Of a DNA stretch of 64,000 nucleotides, positions 53,982 to 64,000 are shown one piece after another (positions within the stretch are counted from its first letter, which is position 1; every line of letters starts with the position of its first letter). Under the pieces are notes generated by a model. It saw only the letters and a program-made list of their open reading frames with translations, had not been told where the DNA came from and did no database searches. Source of the DNA: Nitrosopumilus sp. (lineage in GTDB: Archaea; Thermoproteota; Nitrososphaeria; Nitrososphaerales; Nitrosopumilaceae). The stretch covers positions 1,216,001-1,280,000 of the forward strand of contig OZ244651.1 of the NCBI GenBank assembly GCA_965218695.1. Reading direction: 5' to 3'. The translations under genes were made by a program, and so were the position numbers.

Positions 53982-54504
53982 CAATTTAAAGCCTGAATTC
54001 ACACTATTTAAAGTTATGAAAAATATTATTGACAAAAGGTAAAAATTTTTTTCATACAAGCCATTCCCTCCGGTTCCCTACGACAACTGCAATCTATCTG
54101 TGGCCGTTGTGAATTGCCGTGTCTCCTGTCGTGTTGTCCCGGCATCAGCCCGTCTGATGACTGCGTCCGGGGGAACGGAGACGGGATCGTTAATCCATGC
54201 CTGTACATGGTGGCCCGTGCCATGCCGTGTGACTTGGCGTGCCTTCTGGGCATCCCATTGACCAAAACGAACTAGGGGCCTTGGTTACAGCACCGAGACG
54301 CATCTGTGGGTACGCTGTAGCCTGCTTTCGTCCACCGACGTTCATGTCTAAGGGATATCCACATCTTCGTTATGGCCGTGTGGATTCCCATATGCAGTTC
54401 ACAATCTGCCCCTCAGATTAGATATATATTGATCAGAAAACCGAAAGTTGACAGTTTGTGTGTATTGCTGACACCTTTAGTGTTACGTATGGGGGATTTT
54501 GCAG

Positions 54505-54756
54505 TTGGCGTCTAAGAAGCAACCAATCCTGGTTCCCGATCACATCTATGTCCCAAAACATGAGATCATCTCAAAGCAGGAGGCCGAGGAGATTCTAAGA
54601 AGGTACAACTGCAAGCCCACAGAACTACCGCTAATCTTTGTCAACGATCCTGCAATTCTTGGGTTGGGCGTAAAGCCAGGCGATGTGATAAAGATCACCA
54701 GAAAGAGTCCCACTGCCGGTCAAAGTTTCTATTACCGATACGTGGTGGAGCCATAA
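54505..54756 (+). CDS. rpoH: RNA polymerase subunit H (Rpo5)
   Basis: HIYVPKHEI, LPLI..DP, GDVIKITRKSPTAG. Confidence 0.96.
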   Translation: MASKKQPILVPDHIYVPKHEIISKQEAEEILRRYNCKPTELPLIFVNDPAILGLGVKPGDVIKITRKSPTAGQSFYYRYVVEP

Positions 54757-57700
54757 TGGTGAACCCGTCAACCAAGCGCTGGCCGATAATCCAGGACATC
54801 CTGAAGCGGGAGGGTATCGCCCGACAGCATCTCAACTCGTTTGACGAGTTTCTGGAGCGCGGCCTTCAGAGTATAATTGATGAGGTATCCCAGATAGACA
54901 TAGAGAATGCCGAGTATCCGTACAAGATTCAACTGGAGAAGGTAAGGCTTCAAAAGCCAAGAATGATGGAGCTTGACGGCTCCATCACGCACATCACCCC
55001 TGCCGAGGCAAGACTGAGAAACGTCTCATACTCTGCACCGGTAATGATGGAGGCCAGCGTCGTCGAGGACGGAAAGGTACTGGAATCAAAGTTTGTCCAT
55101 ATCGGCGATGTTCCAGTCATGGCAAAGTCAAATGCATGCATCCTGCACAACTTCTCCACCCAGAAGCTGGTAGAACACGGCGAGGATCCAAACGATCCCG
55201 GCGGCTACTTTATCATCAACGGCTCTGAGCGGGTGATAGTCGGGCTTGAGGATCTCTCATACAACAAGATAATCGTGGACAGGGAGACTGTAGGAGGAAA
55301 CATAGTCTTCAAGGCCAAGGTATACTCTTCAATAATAGGATACAGGGCAAAGCTGGAACTTGTCATGAAGAATGACGGACTGCTCGTGGCCAGAATTCCA
55401 GGATCCCCAGTCGACATACCCGTAATCACCCTGATGAGGGCGCTCGGGCTGGAGTCTGACAAGGAGATTGCAGGCGTGGTCTCCTTGGTAGACGAGCTTC
55501 AGGATCAGCTGGAGGGCTCCTTTGAGAAGGCAAACGACGTCCTGACATCCAAGGATGCAATAGTCTACATCAGCAAGAGGATTGCGCCGGGGATGCTTGA
55601 AGAGTTTCAGATAAAACGTACAGAGACCCTGCTTGACTGGGGACTGTTGCCGCACCTGGGCAAGCATCCTGAGAACAGAAAGGAGAAGGCGCAGTTTCTA
55701 GGCGAGGCGGCATGCAAGCTACTTGAGCTGAAACTTGGCTGGATCTCCCCTGACGACAAGGATCACTACGGTAACAAGATAATCAAGTTTGCAGGCCAGA
55801 TGCTGGCAGACCTGTTCAGGACCGCCTTTAGGAATCTTATCCGGGACATGAAGTACCAGCTGGAGCGATCCGGGCAGAAGCGCGGAATCAACGCAGTCGC
55901 AGCTGCGATACGCCCTGGAATAATCACAGACAAGCTCAACAACGCCATTGCAACTGGAAACTGGGGCAGGGGCCGCGTCGGCGTGACCCAGCTGCTTGAC
56001 AGAACCAATTATCTGTCCACCATAAGTCACCTTAGAAGAATCCAGTCGCCGCTCAGCAGGACGCAGCCAAACTTTGAGGCCAGGGACCTGCATGCCACCC
56101 ACTTTGGGAGGATCTGTCCCAGCGAGACGCCAGAGGGCTCCAACTGCGGACTTGTAAAGAACTTGGCACTGTCCGGGATCATATCTGTAAACATTCCGTC
56201 TGAGGAGATAATCGAGAAGCTGTATGATCTGGGCACTGTCCACTTCTTTGAAGCACAGGACGACCTTAAAAAGGACGGAACCCGAGTGTTTGTAGACGGA
56301 CGGCTTATCGGGTATTACAGGGACGGCAATCATCTGGCAGCATCCCTTCGGGATCTCAGGAGGGACTCCAAGATTCATCCTCATGTGGGGGTGTCCTTTT
56401 ACAAGTCCGAGATTGAGGGATCCACTACGAGAATCTACATCAACTGCAACGCAGGACGCGTGCTGCGGCCGCTAATCATAGTAAAGGATGACGTGCCACT
56501 GCTCACGGAGAACCTGCTTGACAAGATATCAAAGAAACTGCTCTCGTGGGCTGATCTGCTCAGGATGGGAGTACTTGAGATGATAGACGCAAACGAGGAG
56601 GAGAACTGCTACGTTGCCCTGAGCGAGGATGATCTGGCAGGCCACACGCACCTGGAAGTGTTCCCGTCTGCAATACTGGGCGCAGGGGCATCCATCATCC
56701 CATATCCGGAACACAACCAGTCTCCAAGAAACACGTACGAGTCTGCAATGGCAAAACAGAGCCTTGGATTCTCCACGCCCATGATGAACACCAGCACGTA
56801 TGTCCGGCAGCACTTTATGCTGTACCCGCAGACCCCCATAGTCAACACGAAGGCCATGAAGCTTCTGGGCCTTGAGGAGCGGCCCGCAGGCCAGAACTGC
56901 ATCGTTGCGGTGCTTCCGTTTGACGGCTACAACATCGAGGATGCAATCGTACTCAGCAAGGCATCTGTGGACAGGGGCCTGGGAAGGACGTTCTTTTACA
57001 GGATCTATGACGCCGAGGCAAAGCAGTACCCCGGCGGAATGCGCGACAGCTTTGAGATACCCAACGCCGAGGACAACATACGCGGGTACAAGGGCGAGCG
57101 CGCATACAAGCTGCTTGAGGAGGACGGCGTTGTCGCGTCCGAATCCATAGTCAAGGGCGGCGACATTCTGATTGGCAAGACCAGCCCCCCAAGGTTCATG
57201 GAGGAGTACCGCGAGTTTGAGTCGGCCGGCCCATACCGGAGGGACACATCCATCGGGGTCAGGCCGTCTGAGACCGGGGTGGTCGATACTGTTGTCATGA
57301 CCCAGTCAAACGAGGGAGGAAAGATGTACAAGATCCGGGCCAGGGACATGAGGATTCCTGAGATTGGTGACAAGTTTGCATCCAGGCACGGGCAGAAGGG
57401 CGTGCTTGGAATGCTGGCAGAGGCAGAGGATCTGCCGTATACTGCAGACGGAATATCGCCTGACGTGCTTATCAACCCGCATGCGTTCCCGTCAAGAATG
57501 ACTGTAGGGATGATGATGGAGTCAATCTGCGGCAAGTCGGCGGCCCTGCGCGGAAGCAGGTTTGACGGTTCTGCCTTTGTAGGCGAGAAGATGAGCGAGG
57601 TCAAGGAGGTCATGGATGCGCACGGCTTCCAGTATTCAGGCAAGGAGATAATGTATGACGGAAGAACCGGAAAGGCGTTCCCAGTAGAGGTCTTTATTGG

Positions 57701-58103
57701 TGTGGTATACTATCAAAAACTCCACCACATGGTGGCTGACAAGATTCATGCAAGGGCCAGGGGCCAGGTTCAGATGCTGACCAAGCAGCCCACCGAGGGC
57801 AGGGCCAGGGGAGGCGGTCTGAGGTTTGGTGAGATGGAGCGTGACTGCCTTATTGCGTACGGCGCCTCGATGATCCTCAAGGACAGGCTGCTAGACGAGT
57901 CTGACAAGTCAGACGTGTTCATCTGTGAGAGGTGCGGACTGGTCTCATACCATGACGTCAAGCAGCGCAAGTACGTCTGCAGGGTCTGCGGCGACAAGGC
58001 CAAGGTCTCGTCAGTGTCTGTTGCATACGCCTTCAAACTGCTACTGCAGGAGATGCAGAGTCTCAACATAGCCCCACGGCTGCTGATAAAGGAGAAGGTC
58101 TGA
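54756..58103 (+). CDS. rpoB: RNA polymerase subunit B (Rpo2), unsplit
   Basis: GGYFIINGSE, ETPEG, GDKFASRHGQKG, GLRFGEMERD. Confidence 0.99.
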   Translation: MVNPSTKRWPIIQDILKREGIARQHLNSFDEFLERGLQSIIDEVSQIDIENAEYPYKIQLEKVRLQKPRMMELDGSITHITPAEARLRNVSYSAPVMMEASVVEDGKVLESKFVHIGDVPVMAKSNACILHNFSTQKLVEHGEDPNDPGGYFIINGSERVIVGLEDLSYNKIIVDRETVGGNIVFKAKVYSSIIGYRAKLELVMKNDGLLVARIPGSPVDIPVITLMRALGLESDKEIAGVVSLVDELQDQLEGSFEKANDVLTSKDAIVYISKRIAPGMLEEFQIKRTETLLDWGLLPHLGKHPENRKEKAQFLGEAACKLLELKLGWISPDDKDHYGNKIIKFAGQMLADLFRTAFRNLIRDMKYQLERSGQKRGINAVAAAIRPGIITDKLNNAIATGNWGRGRVGVTQLLDRTNYLSTISHLRRIQSPLSRTQPNFEARDLHATHFGRICPSETPEGSNCGLVKNLALSGIISVNIPSEEIIEKLYDLGTVHFFEAQDDLKKDGTRVFVDGRLIGYYRDGNHLAASLRDLRRDSKIHPHVGVSFYKSEIEGSTTRIYINCNAGRVLRPLIIVKDDVPLLTENLLDKISKKLLSWADLLRMGVLEMIDANEEENCYVALSEDDLAGHTHLEVFPSAILGAGASIIPYPEHNQSPRNTYESAMAKQSLGFSTPMMNTSTYVRQHFMLYPQTPIVNTKAMKLLGLEERPAGQNCIVAVLPFDGYNIEDAIVLSKASVDRGLGRTFFYRIYDAEAKQYPGGMRDSFEIPNAEDNIRGYKGERAYKLLEEDGVVASESIVKGGDILIGKTSPPRFMEEYREFESAGPYRRDTSIGVRPSETGVVDTVVMTQSNEGGKMYKIRARDMRIPEIGDKFASRHGQKGVLGMLAEAEDLPYTADGISPDVLINPHAFPSRMTVGMMMESICGKSAALRGSRFDGSAFVGEKMSEVKEVMDAHGFQYSGKEIMYDGRTGKAFPVEVFIGVVYYQKLHHMVADKIHARARGQVQMLTKQPTEGRARGGGLRFGEMERDCLIAYGASMILKDRLLDESDKSDVFICERCGLVSYHDVKQRKYVCRVCGDKAKVSSVSVAYAFKLLLQEMQSLNIAPRLLIKEKV

Positions 58104-58104
58104 C

Positions 58105-61100
58105 GTGTCGATTCAAGCCATAAAATCAATCAACGGAATCAGGTTCTCCGTCTGGTCTCCCACTGAGATTAGAAAGTACTCTGTTGCCGAGATTACTGCC
58201 CCCGAGACGTATGACGAGGACGGGATGCCTGTTCAGGGGGGACTCATGGACGGCAGGCTTGGAACGCTGGAGCCGGGCCAAAAGTGCCTCACATGCGGAA
58301 ATACTGCTGCGCGGTGTCCTGGACACTTTGGGCACATAGAGTTCGCAGAGCCGGTACTGCACATTGCATTCATCGACAACATCTACAAGCTGCTACAATC
58401 CACATGCCGCTCATGCGCCAGACTCAAGGTTCCCCAGGAGAACCTGGACGAGTTCAGGCGAATCAAGGACAAGCGTGCAGCGTATGCCGTAATATCGCAA
58501 AAACGCATTCCCGAGATGATAATAGAGAAGGCAAAGAAGGCCAAGGCGTGTCCGCACTGCGGCAAGACACAGTACGAACTGATCTTTACAAAGCCCACAA
58601 TATTCGTAGAAAAAGCAGACATCGGCGAGCACAGACTACTCCCAATCACGATCCGTGAGAGGTTCTCGCAGATTCTTGATGATGATCTGGATCTGATGTC
58701 GTATGACCCTGCCACTGCCAGGCCAGAATGGTTCGTGCTCCAGGCGCTGCCCGTGCCCCCTGTCACGGTGAGGCCGTCAATCATACTGGAGACCGGAATA
58801 CGCTCTGAGGACGATCTGACCCACAAGATGGTCGACATAATCAGGGTCAACCAGAGACTCAAGGAGAGCAAGGAGGCAGGAACGCCGCCGCTGATAGTCC
58901 AGGACCTGGTGGACCTGCTCCAATACCACACCACCACATACTTTGACAACGAGGTATCCGGAATCCCGCAGGCACACCACCGCTCCGGCCGACCCCTCAA
59001 GACCCTTACCCAGAGACTCAAAGGGAAGGAGGGAAGGTTCAGAGGATCCCTGTCGGGAAAGAGGGTGGACTTTTCAAGCAGAACCGTCATCTCCCCTGAT
59101 CCCAACTTGGATCTATCCGAGGTCGGGGTTCCAATAACCGTGGCCATGAAGCTTACCATCCCTGAGATTGTGACCTCGTGGAACATCGAGAGGATGAAGG
59201 ATCTTGTGATTAACGGACCCGACACGTTTCCAGGCGTCAACTATATCGTCAGGCCAGACGGCGTAAAGATACGCCTGGACTTTGTAGAGGACCGCTCGAT
59301 AATCGCCGAGACGCTCGAGATAGGATACCTTGTAGAAAGACACCTTGCAGACGGCGACATCGTAATGTTCAACCGGCAGCCCTCACTCCACCAGATGTCC
59401 ATCATGGCACACTATGTCAAGGTGCTTCCTGGAAAGACCTTCAGGCTGCATCCGTCGGTATGTCCGCCATACAACGCAGACTTTGACGGCGACGAGATGA
59501 ACCTTCACGTTCCCCAGAGCGAGGAGGCAAGGGCCGAGGCCATCCTGCTGATGAGGGTGCAGGATCAACTGATCTCGCCCCGATACGGCGGCCCCATAAT
59601 CGGAGCACTCAGGGACTTTGTTACAGGCGCATATCTTCTGACCAAGGACAGCACGACGCTCACCCCCCAGGAGTTTACAAACCTTGCGATGCTTGGCAGC
59701 TATCCAGGCAGGCTTCCCGAACCCGGCACGACAGCATCAGACGGCCCTGCATACACAGGCAAGCAGCTCTTCTCGCTGTTCCTCCCCAAGGACTTTAACT
59801 ATGTAATTACGTCAAAATGGTCCAAGGGAATCAAGGGCCCCAAGAACGACGTCGTAATCAAGAACGGGCAGCTCATCAGCGGTGTGATTGACAAGACGTC
59901 GATCGGCGCAGAAGAGCCTGAAAGCGTGTTGCACAGGATAGCAAAGGACTATGGCAACGATGTGGGCAAAAAGTTCCTCAACTCGATTCTGATCATGGTA
60001 AAGCAGTTCATCACCCACTACGGATTCAGTTACGGCTTTGGCGACTTGGAGGTACCTGAAAAGGACAAGCAGCAGATACTTGACGACATCCAGGGAACCT
60101 ATAACGTCGTGGCGGATCTGACTGAACAGTACGAGAACGGAACACTCAAGCTTACAAGGGGAATGAAACCCGAGGAGGCCCTTGAGGCATACATTGTAAA
60201 CGAACTGGGCAAGGCAAGGGACAAGGCCGGCTCCACTGCAAACGACTCGCTTGACGTGGGCAATGCCGGAAAGATCATGGCCACCACCGGCGCAAGGGGC
60301 TCCTCTCTCAACGTGGGCCAGATGGCAGGCGCGCTCGGTCAGCAGTCAAGAAGGGGAAACAGGCTGCACGACGGGTATGACAACCGCGCACTCCCCCACT
60401 ACCGGGAGCACGACAAGAATCCCGACGCACATGGGTTTGTAAAGTCCAACTACCGGGAGGGACTCTCGGCACTGGAGTTCTTCTTTCATGCCATGGGAGG
60501 ACGCGAGGGGCTGGTGGACACTGCAGTCCGAACCCAGCAGAGCGGCTACATGCAGCGCAGGCTGATCAACGCCTTGGAGCACATCCGGCTCGAGTACGAC
60601 GGAACCGTAAGGGATCCGCACGGCCACATAGTCCAGTTCCTCTACGGGGAGGACGGAATCGACGTGGCAAAGAGCGATCACGGTGAGGCGTTCAACGTCA
60701 ACAGGCTCATCGAGTCCCAGACCATAGTGAACACCGGAGACAGGGCCACAAAGGACGAGATTGACGCACTCGCAAAAAAGTACACCATGACGTTTAATCC
60801 GCGACTCACCACGCTTGTAACCGATGCACTGCACAAGTCGGAGCTGAGCAGGGAAGGCGCCGAGGCCGTGTGCAAGAAGGGACTCTCGCTGTATAACAAG
60901 GCGCAGGTGGAGCCAGGACAGGCAGTCGGAATAATCACTGCCCAGTCGATCGGCGAACCCGGCACACAGATGACACTCAGAACGTTCCACTTTGCAGGAA
61001 TCAAGGAGAGAAACGTCACCCTCGGCCTTCCAAGGCTCATCGAACTAGTCGATGCAAGAAAGAAGCCGGTCACGCCTACGATGGACATCTACCTTGACGA

Positions 61101-61893
61101 GGAGTCCAAACACTCAAGGGAGAAGGCAATCGAGGTTGCAAAGAACGTCCTGCAGACCAAGATAAGCTCCCTGATTGCCTACCACGACACCGACTACGCC
61201 ACTGAGATCAAGCTGGTTCTGGACACAAAGAGGCTCAGGGATCGGGGCTGCACCGTGGAGGGCGTCGAGGCATCCCTGGCATCCAACAAAAAGTTCAAGA
61301 TGACAGTTACCGGGGAGATGCTGGCGCTGAAGCTGGTGGAGGCCTCTGACACTGCAACCGTGATTGCACTGAGAAACAAGATACTCAACATCACCGTCAA
61401 GGGGGTCCCGGACATTGAGCGCGTCACCCTGGTACAAAAGGACGACGAGTGGGTCATACAGACTACCGGCTCGAACATTGCAAAACTTCTTCCAGTGTCT
61501 GGAATCGACAAGAGAAACATCCGAACCAACAACGTCTTTGAGATTGCAGGCACCCTGGGAATAGAGGCCGCCCGAAACGCACTGATCAACGAGCTTAACA
61601 ACACCCTTGAGGATCAGGGACTTGAGGTTGACAACAGGTACATCATGCTGGTCTCTGACCTGATGTGCTCCCGCGGATACATGCAGCAGATAGGAAGGCA
61701 CGGAATAGCAGGAACAAAGGACAGCGTCCTTGCAAGGGCCGCCTTTGAGATTACCGTTCCCACCATAGCGCATGCGGCCCTCGGAGGGGAAGTCGAGCAG
61801 CTCAAGGGAATCACCGAGAATGTGATCGTGGGAAGCAACATTCCGATAGGAAGCGGAACAGTCGACCTCTACATGCAGGTCTCAAAGAAATAG
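58105..61893 (+). CDS. rpoA: RNA polymerase subunit A (A' and A'' in one ORF)
   Basis: YNADFDGDEMN and SIGEPGTQMTLRTFH in one 1262-aa ORF. Confidence 0.99.
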   Translation: MSIQAIKSINGIRFSVWSPTEIRKYSVAEITAPETYDEDGMPVQGGLMDGRLGTLEPGQKCLTCGNTAARCPGHFGHIEFAEPVLHIAFIDNIYKLLQSTCRSCARLKVPQENLDEFRRIKDKRAAYAVISQKRIPEMIIEKAKKAKACPHCGKTQYELIFTKPTIFVEKADIGEHRLLPITIRERFSQILDDDLDLMSYDPATARPEWFVLQALPVPPVTVRPSIILETGIRSEDDLTHKMVDIIRVNQRLKESKEAGTPPLIVQDLVDLLQYHTTTYFDNEVSGIPQAHHRSGRPLKTLTQRLKGKEGRFRGSLSGKRVDFSSRTVISPDPNLDLSEVGVPITVAMKLTIPEIVTSWNIERMKDLVINGPDTFPGVNYIVRPDGVKIRLDFVEDRSIIAETLEIGYLVERHLADGDIVMFNRQPSLHQMSIMAHYVKVLPGKTFRLHPSVCPPYNADFDGDEMNLHVPQSEEARAEAILLMRVQDQLISPRYGGPIIGALRDFVTGAYLLTKDSTTLTPQEFTNLAMLGSYPGRLPEPGTTASDGPAYTGKQLFSLFLPKDFNYVITSKWSKGIKGPKNDVVIKNGQLISGVIDKTSIGAEEPESVLHRIAKDYGNDVGKKFLNSILIMVKQFITHYGFSYGFGDLEVPEKDKQQILDDIQGTYNVVADLTEQYENGTLKLTRGMKPEEALEAYIVNELGKARDKAGSTANDSLDVGNAGKIMATTGARGSSLNVGQMAGALGQQSRRGNRLHDGYDNRALPHYREHDKNPDAHGFVKSNYREGLSALEFFFHAMGGREGLVDTAVRTQQSGYMQRRLINALEHIRLEYDGTVRDPHGHIVQFLYGEDGIDVAKSDHGEAFNVNRLIESQTIVNTGDRATKDEIDALAKKYTMTFNPRLTTLVTDALHKSELSREGAEAVCKKGLSLYNKAQVEPGQAVGIITAQSIGEPGTQMTLRTFHFAGIKERNVTLGLPRLIELVDARKKPVTPTMDIYLDEESKHSREKAIEVAKNVLQTKISSLIAYHDTDYATEIKLVLDTKRLRDRGCTVEGVEASLASNKKFKMTVTGEMLALKLVEASDTATVIALRNKILNITVKGVPDIERVTLVQKDDEWVIQTTGSNIAKLLPVSGIDKRNIRTNNVFEIAGTLGIEAARNALINELNNTLEDQGLEVDNRYIMLVSDLMCSRGYMQQIGRHGIAGTKDSVLARAAFEITVPTIAHAALGGEVEQLKGITENVIVGSNIPIGSGTVDLYMQVSKK

Positions 61894-62010
61894 CACCCTT
61901 GGGGGGGAAAGAGTGCGAACCGTCCTCTGCCGATCCGTCTGCCAGAACCCCGCCGCCTCCCGGGAGAACTGCAAATAATTATATTCCAATGAATGGGACT
62001 ACATCTTGGT

Positions 62011-62113
62011 AGCCCGATAGTCTAGCGGTCAAATAATTTTAGATCAAGGATTCTGCCCTCTGGATCTCATGAGTGGATAGGCAGAGACGGCAGTTCGAAT
62101 CTGCCTCGGGCTA
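62011..62113 (+). tRNA. tRNA-Gln(CTG) with two 15-nt introns
   Basis: Acceptor AGCCCGA/TCGGGCT, anticodon stem CTGCC/GGCAG, TTCGAAT T-loop; introns at ~62033-62047 (D-arm) and 62064-62078 (37/38); 73 nt after removal. Confidence 0.9.
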
Positions 62114-62154
62114 CTGGTATTATGCAATGGGGAGGGGGAGGTGCCTGTAGCGTT

Positions 62155-62754
62155 CTATCTTGAGGCCTGCGCTATGCGTTCCACTTCGTTCTTCTTCTTT
62201 ACGGAGTGGGCGGAAGAATCGTTCTGTGATGCCATGATCAGCTGCTCTGCCATGTGTTCCTCGATGGGCTTTGGATTGGAGAACGTACTCTCCTTTATCG
62301 CATCCGATATGAACTTCAAGGCCAGGTCGACCCTTCGGATCGGGGCGACATCGACTGACACATGGTATACGGTGCCTCCGTAGACTATCCTGGTGGTGTC
62401 CTCGTTGGGTGCAGAATACTCCACTGCCCGCACCAGAACCTCGACTGGATTCTTTCCTGTCTTTAGGGATATGATGTCAAATGCAGTCTTTACGGTGTTC
62501 ATGACGTTTGCCTTTTTGCCAGTCATCCTGCCTGTATTCTTGGCATACCTCTTGCCAAAGTGCATCGTCTTGTTGATCAGCCTCTCGACAATATTGACAT
62601 CGGCCTTGTTGAACCTCTTGAGGGCAGAGCGGCCGTACGTGTACGGCAGGATCTGTTTTCGAAGCGAGATTGCAGTCTTTAGTCCGGGATCCTTTACCTC
62701 GATGCCTGTCATGTCCCATTTTCTAAACAGCAACATGTTCTTTGTCTCTGCCAT
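62155..62754 (-). CDS. rps7: 30S ribosomal protein S7
   Basis: IVERLIN, NPVEVLVRA, VDVAPIRRVDLA, KKNEVERIA. Confidence 0.97.
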   Translation of the reverse strand: MAETKNMLLFRKWDMTGIEVKDPGLKTAISLRKQILPYTYGRSALKRFNKADVNIVERLINKTMHFGKRYAKNTGRMTGKKANVMNTVKTAFDIISLKTGKNPVEVLVRAVEYSAPNEDTTRIVYGGTVYHVSVDVAPIRRVDLALKFISDAIKESTFSNPKPIEEHMAEQLIMASQNDSSAHSVKKKNEVERIAQASR

Positions 62755-62764
62755 GCCCCTATAC

Positions 62765-63202
62765 CTATCTCCTCGGTTTCTCCTTCTTGCCGATGACCAG
62801 TTCGTGAAGTGATGTTCCGTTTACCTTGAATACCTTGAACCTGACCCCCGGGATGTCTCCCATTGCGCCTCCCTGCGTTGCGCCCATTCCGTGTATGTGA
62901 ACCTCGTCGTGCTCGTCAATGAAGTTCATTGCGCCGTCACGCGGCAGAAAGGCCGTCACGGTCTTGCCGTTCTTGATCAGCTGGACACGGACACATTTTC
63001 GTACGGCCGAGTTGGGCTGCTTTGCGGCAATTCCGACCTTCTCCAGCACGATGCCCTTGGCCTGTGGGGAGCCGCCGAGCGGATCCGCCTTTTTGTCAAT
63101 TCCAAGTTCCCTTCTCTTGTAGGTCGATATTGCCCAACGCTGCCTCTTCTTCTTGGTAGTCAAAACCCTGCCCGCAAATAACCCTAGGGGTGACTTTCTC
63201 AT
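62765..63202 (-). CDS. rps12: 30S ribosomal protein S12
   Basis: [25 protein letters not shown]. Confidence 0.98.
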   Translation of the reverse strand: MRKSPLGLFAGRVLTTKKKRQRWAISTYKRRELGIDKKADPLGGSPQAKGIVLEKVGIAAKQPNSAVRKCVRVQLIKNGKTVTAFLPRDGAMNFIDEHDEVHIHGMGATQGGAMGDIPGVRFKVFKVNGTSLHELVIGKKEKPRR

Positions 63203-63205
63203 ACA

Positions 63206-63670
63206 CTACAACTCCAATGTCGCTTTTTCAGGACTGTTGATTAATACGCTGGTTATATCAAAATACCGTTTTGCGAGAAGCCTTGCCTTTTCGGCATTTC
63301 TTCCGTCCCTACCTACCACGATTCCCTTCTTTCTTGGATCCACTATGACCACCGCCTGCTTTGTTCCGTCAAGCCGTGCGCTTATCCTTACCTCTGAGAC
63401 GAGTTTGGAGTTGAGAAGGTTTGCAAGAAACTTTGCCGGATCCTCTTCAAACTCAACCAGCTCTATGTTCCTCTTGATTATGTTCTGGAGTGATTTTATG
63501 TGGGTGCCGCCCTTGCCTATTGCAAGGCCCATCTTGCCTGTGTTGACTACGAATATTACCCTGTTCTGTTTCTGGTCATCGACACAGTCACGTGCAGTCG
63601 CGCCCGTGACGTTCTGGAACAGGGACATCATGCGCATCTGATCGGTGGTAAGCTTGATTGACTGTGTCAT
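63206..63670 (-). CDS. nusA: Archaeal NusA
   Basis: Two KH motifs AIGKGG and VVGRDG; position between rpl30e and rps12. Confidence 0.95.
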   Translation of the reverse strand: MTQSIKLTTDQMRMMSLFQNVTGATARDCVDDQKQNRVIFVVNTGKMGLAIGKGGTHIKSLQNIIKRNIELVEFEEDPAKFLANLLNSKLVSEVRISARLDGTKQAVVIVDPRKKGIVVGRDGRNAEKARLLAKRYFDITSVLINSPEKATLEL

Positions 63671-63739
63671 GGGAATTCCTTTTTTACTCCGGAAACAATC
63701 GCTTCATTTAGACTTTTGTTGGGTGATGCGTCAGTCATC

Positions 63740-64000
63740 TTAGGCTCCTGTTTGTGACTCGTTAAGGATTGCCTTGATGCTGTCGTTGGTTATGGATGTG
63801 AATGATATTGTTGATATTCTAAATTGCAGGCCGCACAGCTTCCCTAGTGCGACTGACGTTCCCTGAAAGTCTACCAGTGGTATCTCTTGTTCCTTTGCGT
63901 CTGATCTGATTTTGTCGGATGTTTTGCCGTCCAGAGACTTGGACAGTATGACCAGTTTGGAATCTTTTATGGAGCTTAGGACCTGTCTGGAGCCCATGGT
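63740..64000 (-). CDS. rpl30e: 50S ribosomal protein L30e (5' end outside window)
   Basis: GSRQVL, GTSVALGKLCGLQFRIS; gene context. Confidence 0.85.
   Translation of the reverse strand, partial: TMGSRQVLSSIKDSKLVILSKSLDGKTSDKIRSDAKEQEIPLVDFQGTSVALGKLCGLQFRISTISFTSITNDSIKAILNESQTGA

Noticed and set aside
54147-54186. Hammerhead ribozyme or C/D box RNA around CTGATGA
   Set aside because: A CCCGTCT/AGACGGG hairpin is present, but there is no GAAA core with stems II/III and no well-placed D box

Overview
Archaeal chromosome segment from a high-GC member of the Nitrososphaerota (Thaumarchaeota, Nitrosopumilaceae-like). The assignment rests on an unsplit rpoA (A'+A''), PEFG-CTERM and CFI-box-CTERM surface proteins and an intron-containing tRNA. 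The serpin, FG-GAP remnant and IS load suggest, but do not prove, an animal (e.g. sponge) symbiont. Housekeeping blocks (nnrE-MBL-cobT/glmS-rps4-rps13; metal genes MCO-ZIP-MoeB-CDF; radical SAM-larB-mdh/larC-larE-iscS; PEFG-CTERM array; rpoH-B-A; tRNA-Gln; rps7-rps12-nusA-rpl30e) flank a 16-kb stretch (10.8-26.9 kb) where ten IS elements of five families (IS66 x2, IS630 x5, IS3, IS5-like, ISH3) make up about 80% of the DNA, two of them nested in other IS. All ten have readable terminal repeats and target duplications. Removing them by hand restores three hidden genes: a 468-aa secreted serpin with a predicted Met-Ser P1-P1' bond, a PD-(D/E)XK nuclease-like gene (with one extra frameshift) and a 93-aa membrane protein. 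The best candidate for an uncharacterised system is a nickel-pincer (NPN) cofactor cluster with no larA in the window, linked to a cysteine desulfurase, malate dehydrogenase and a radical SAM enzyme. No CRISPR array or rRNA was seen. All family calls are from motif recognition, not database searches.
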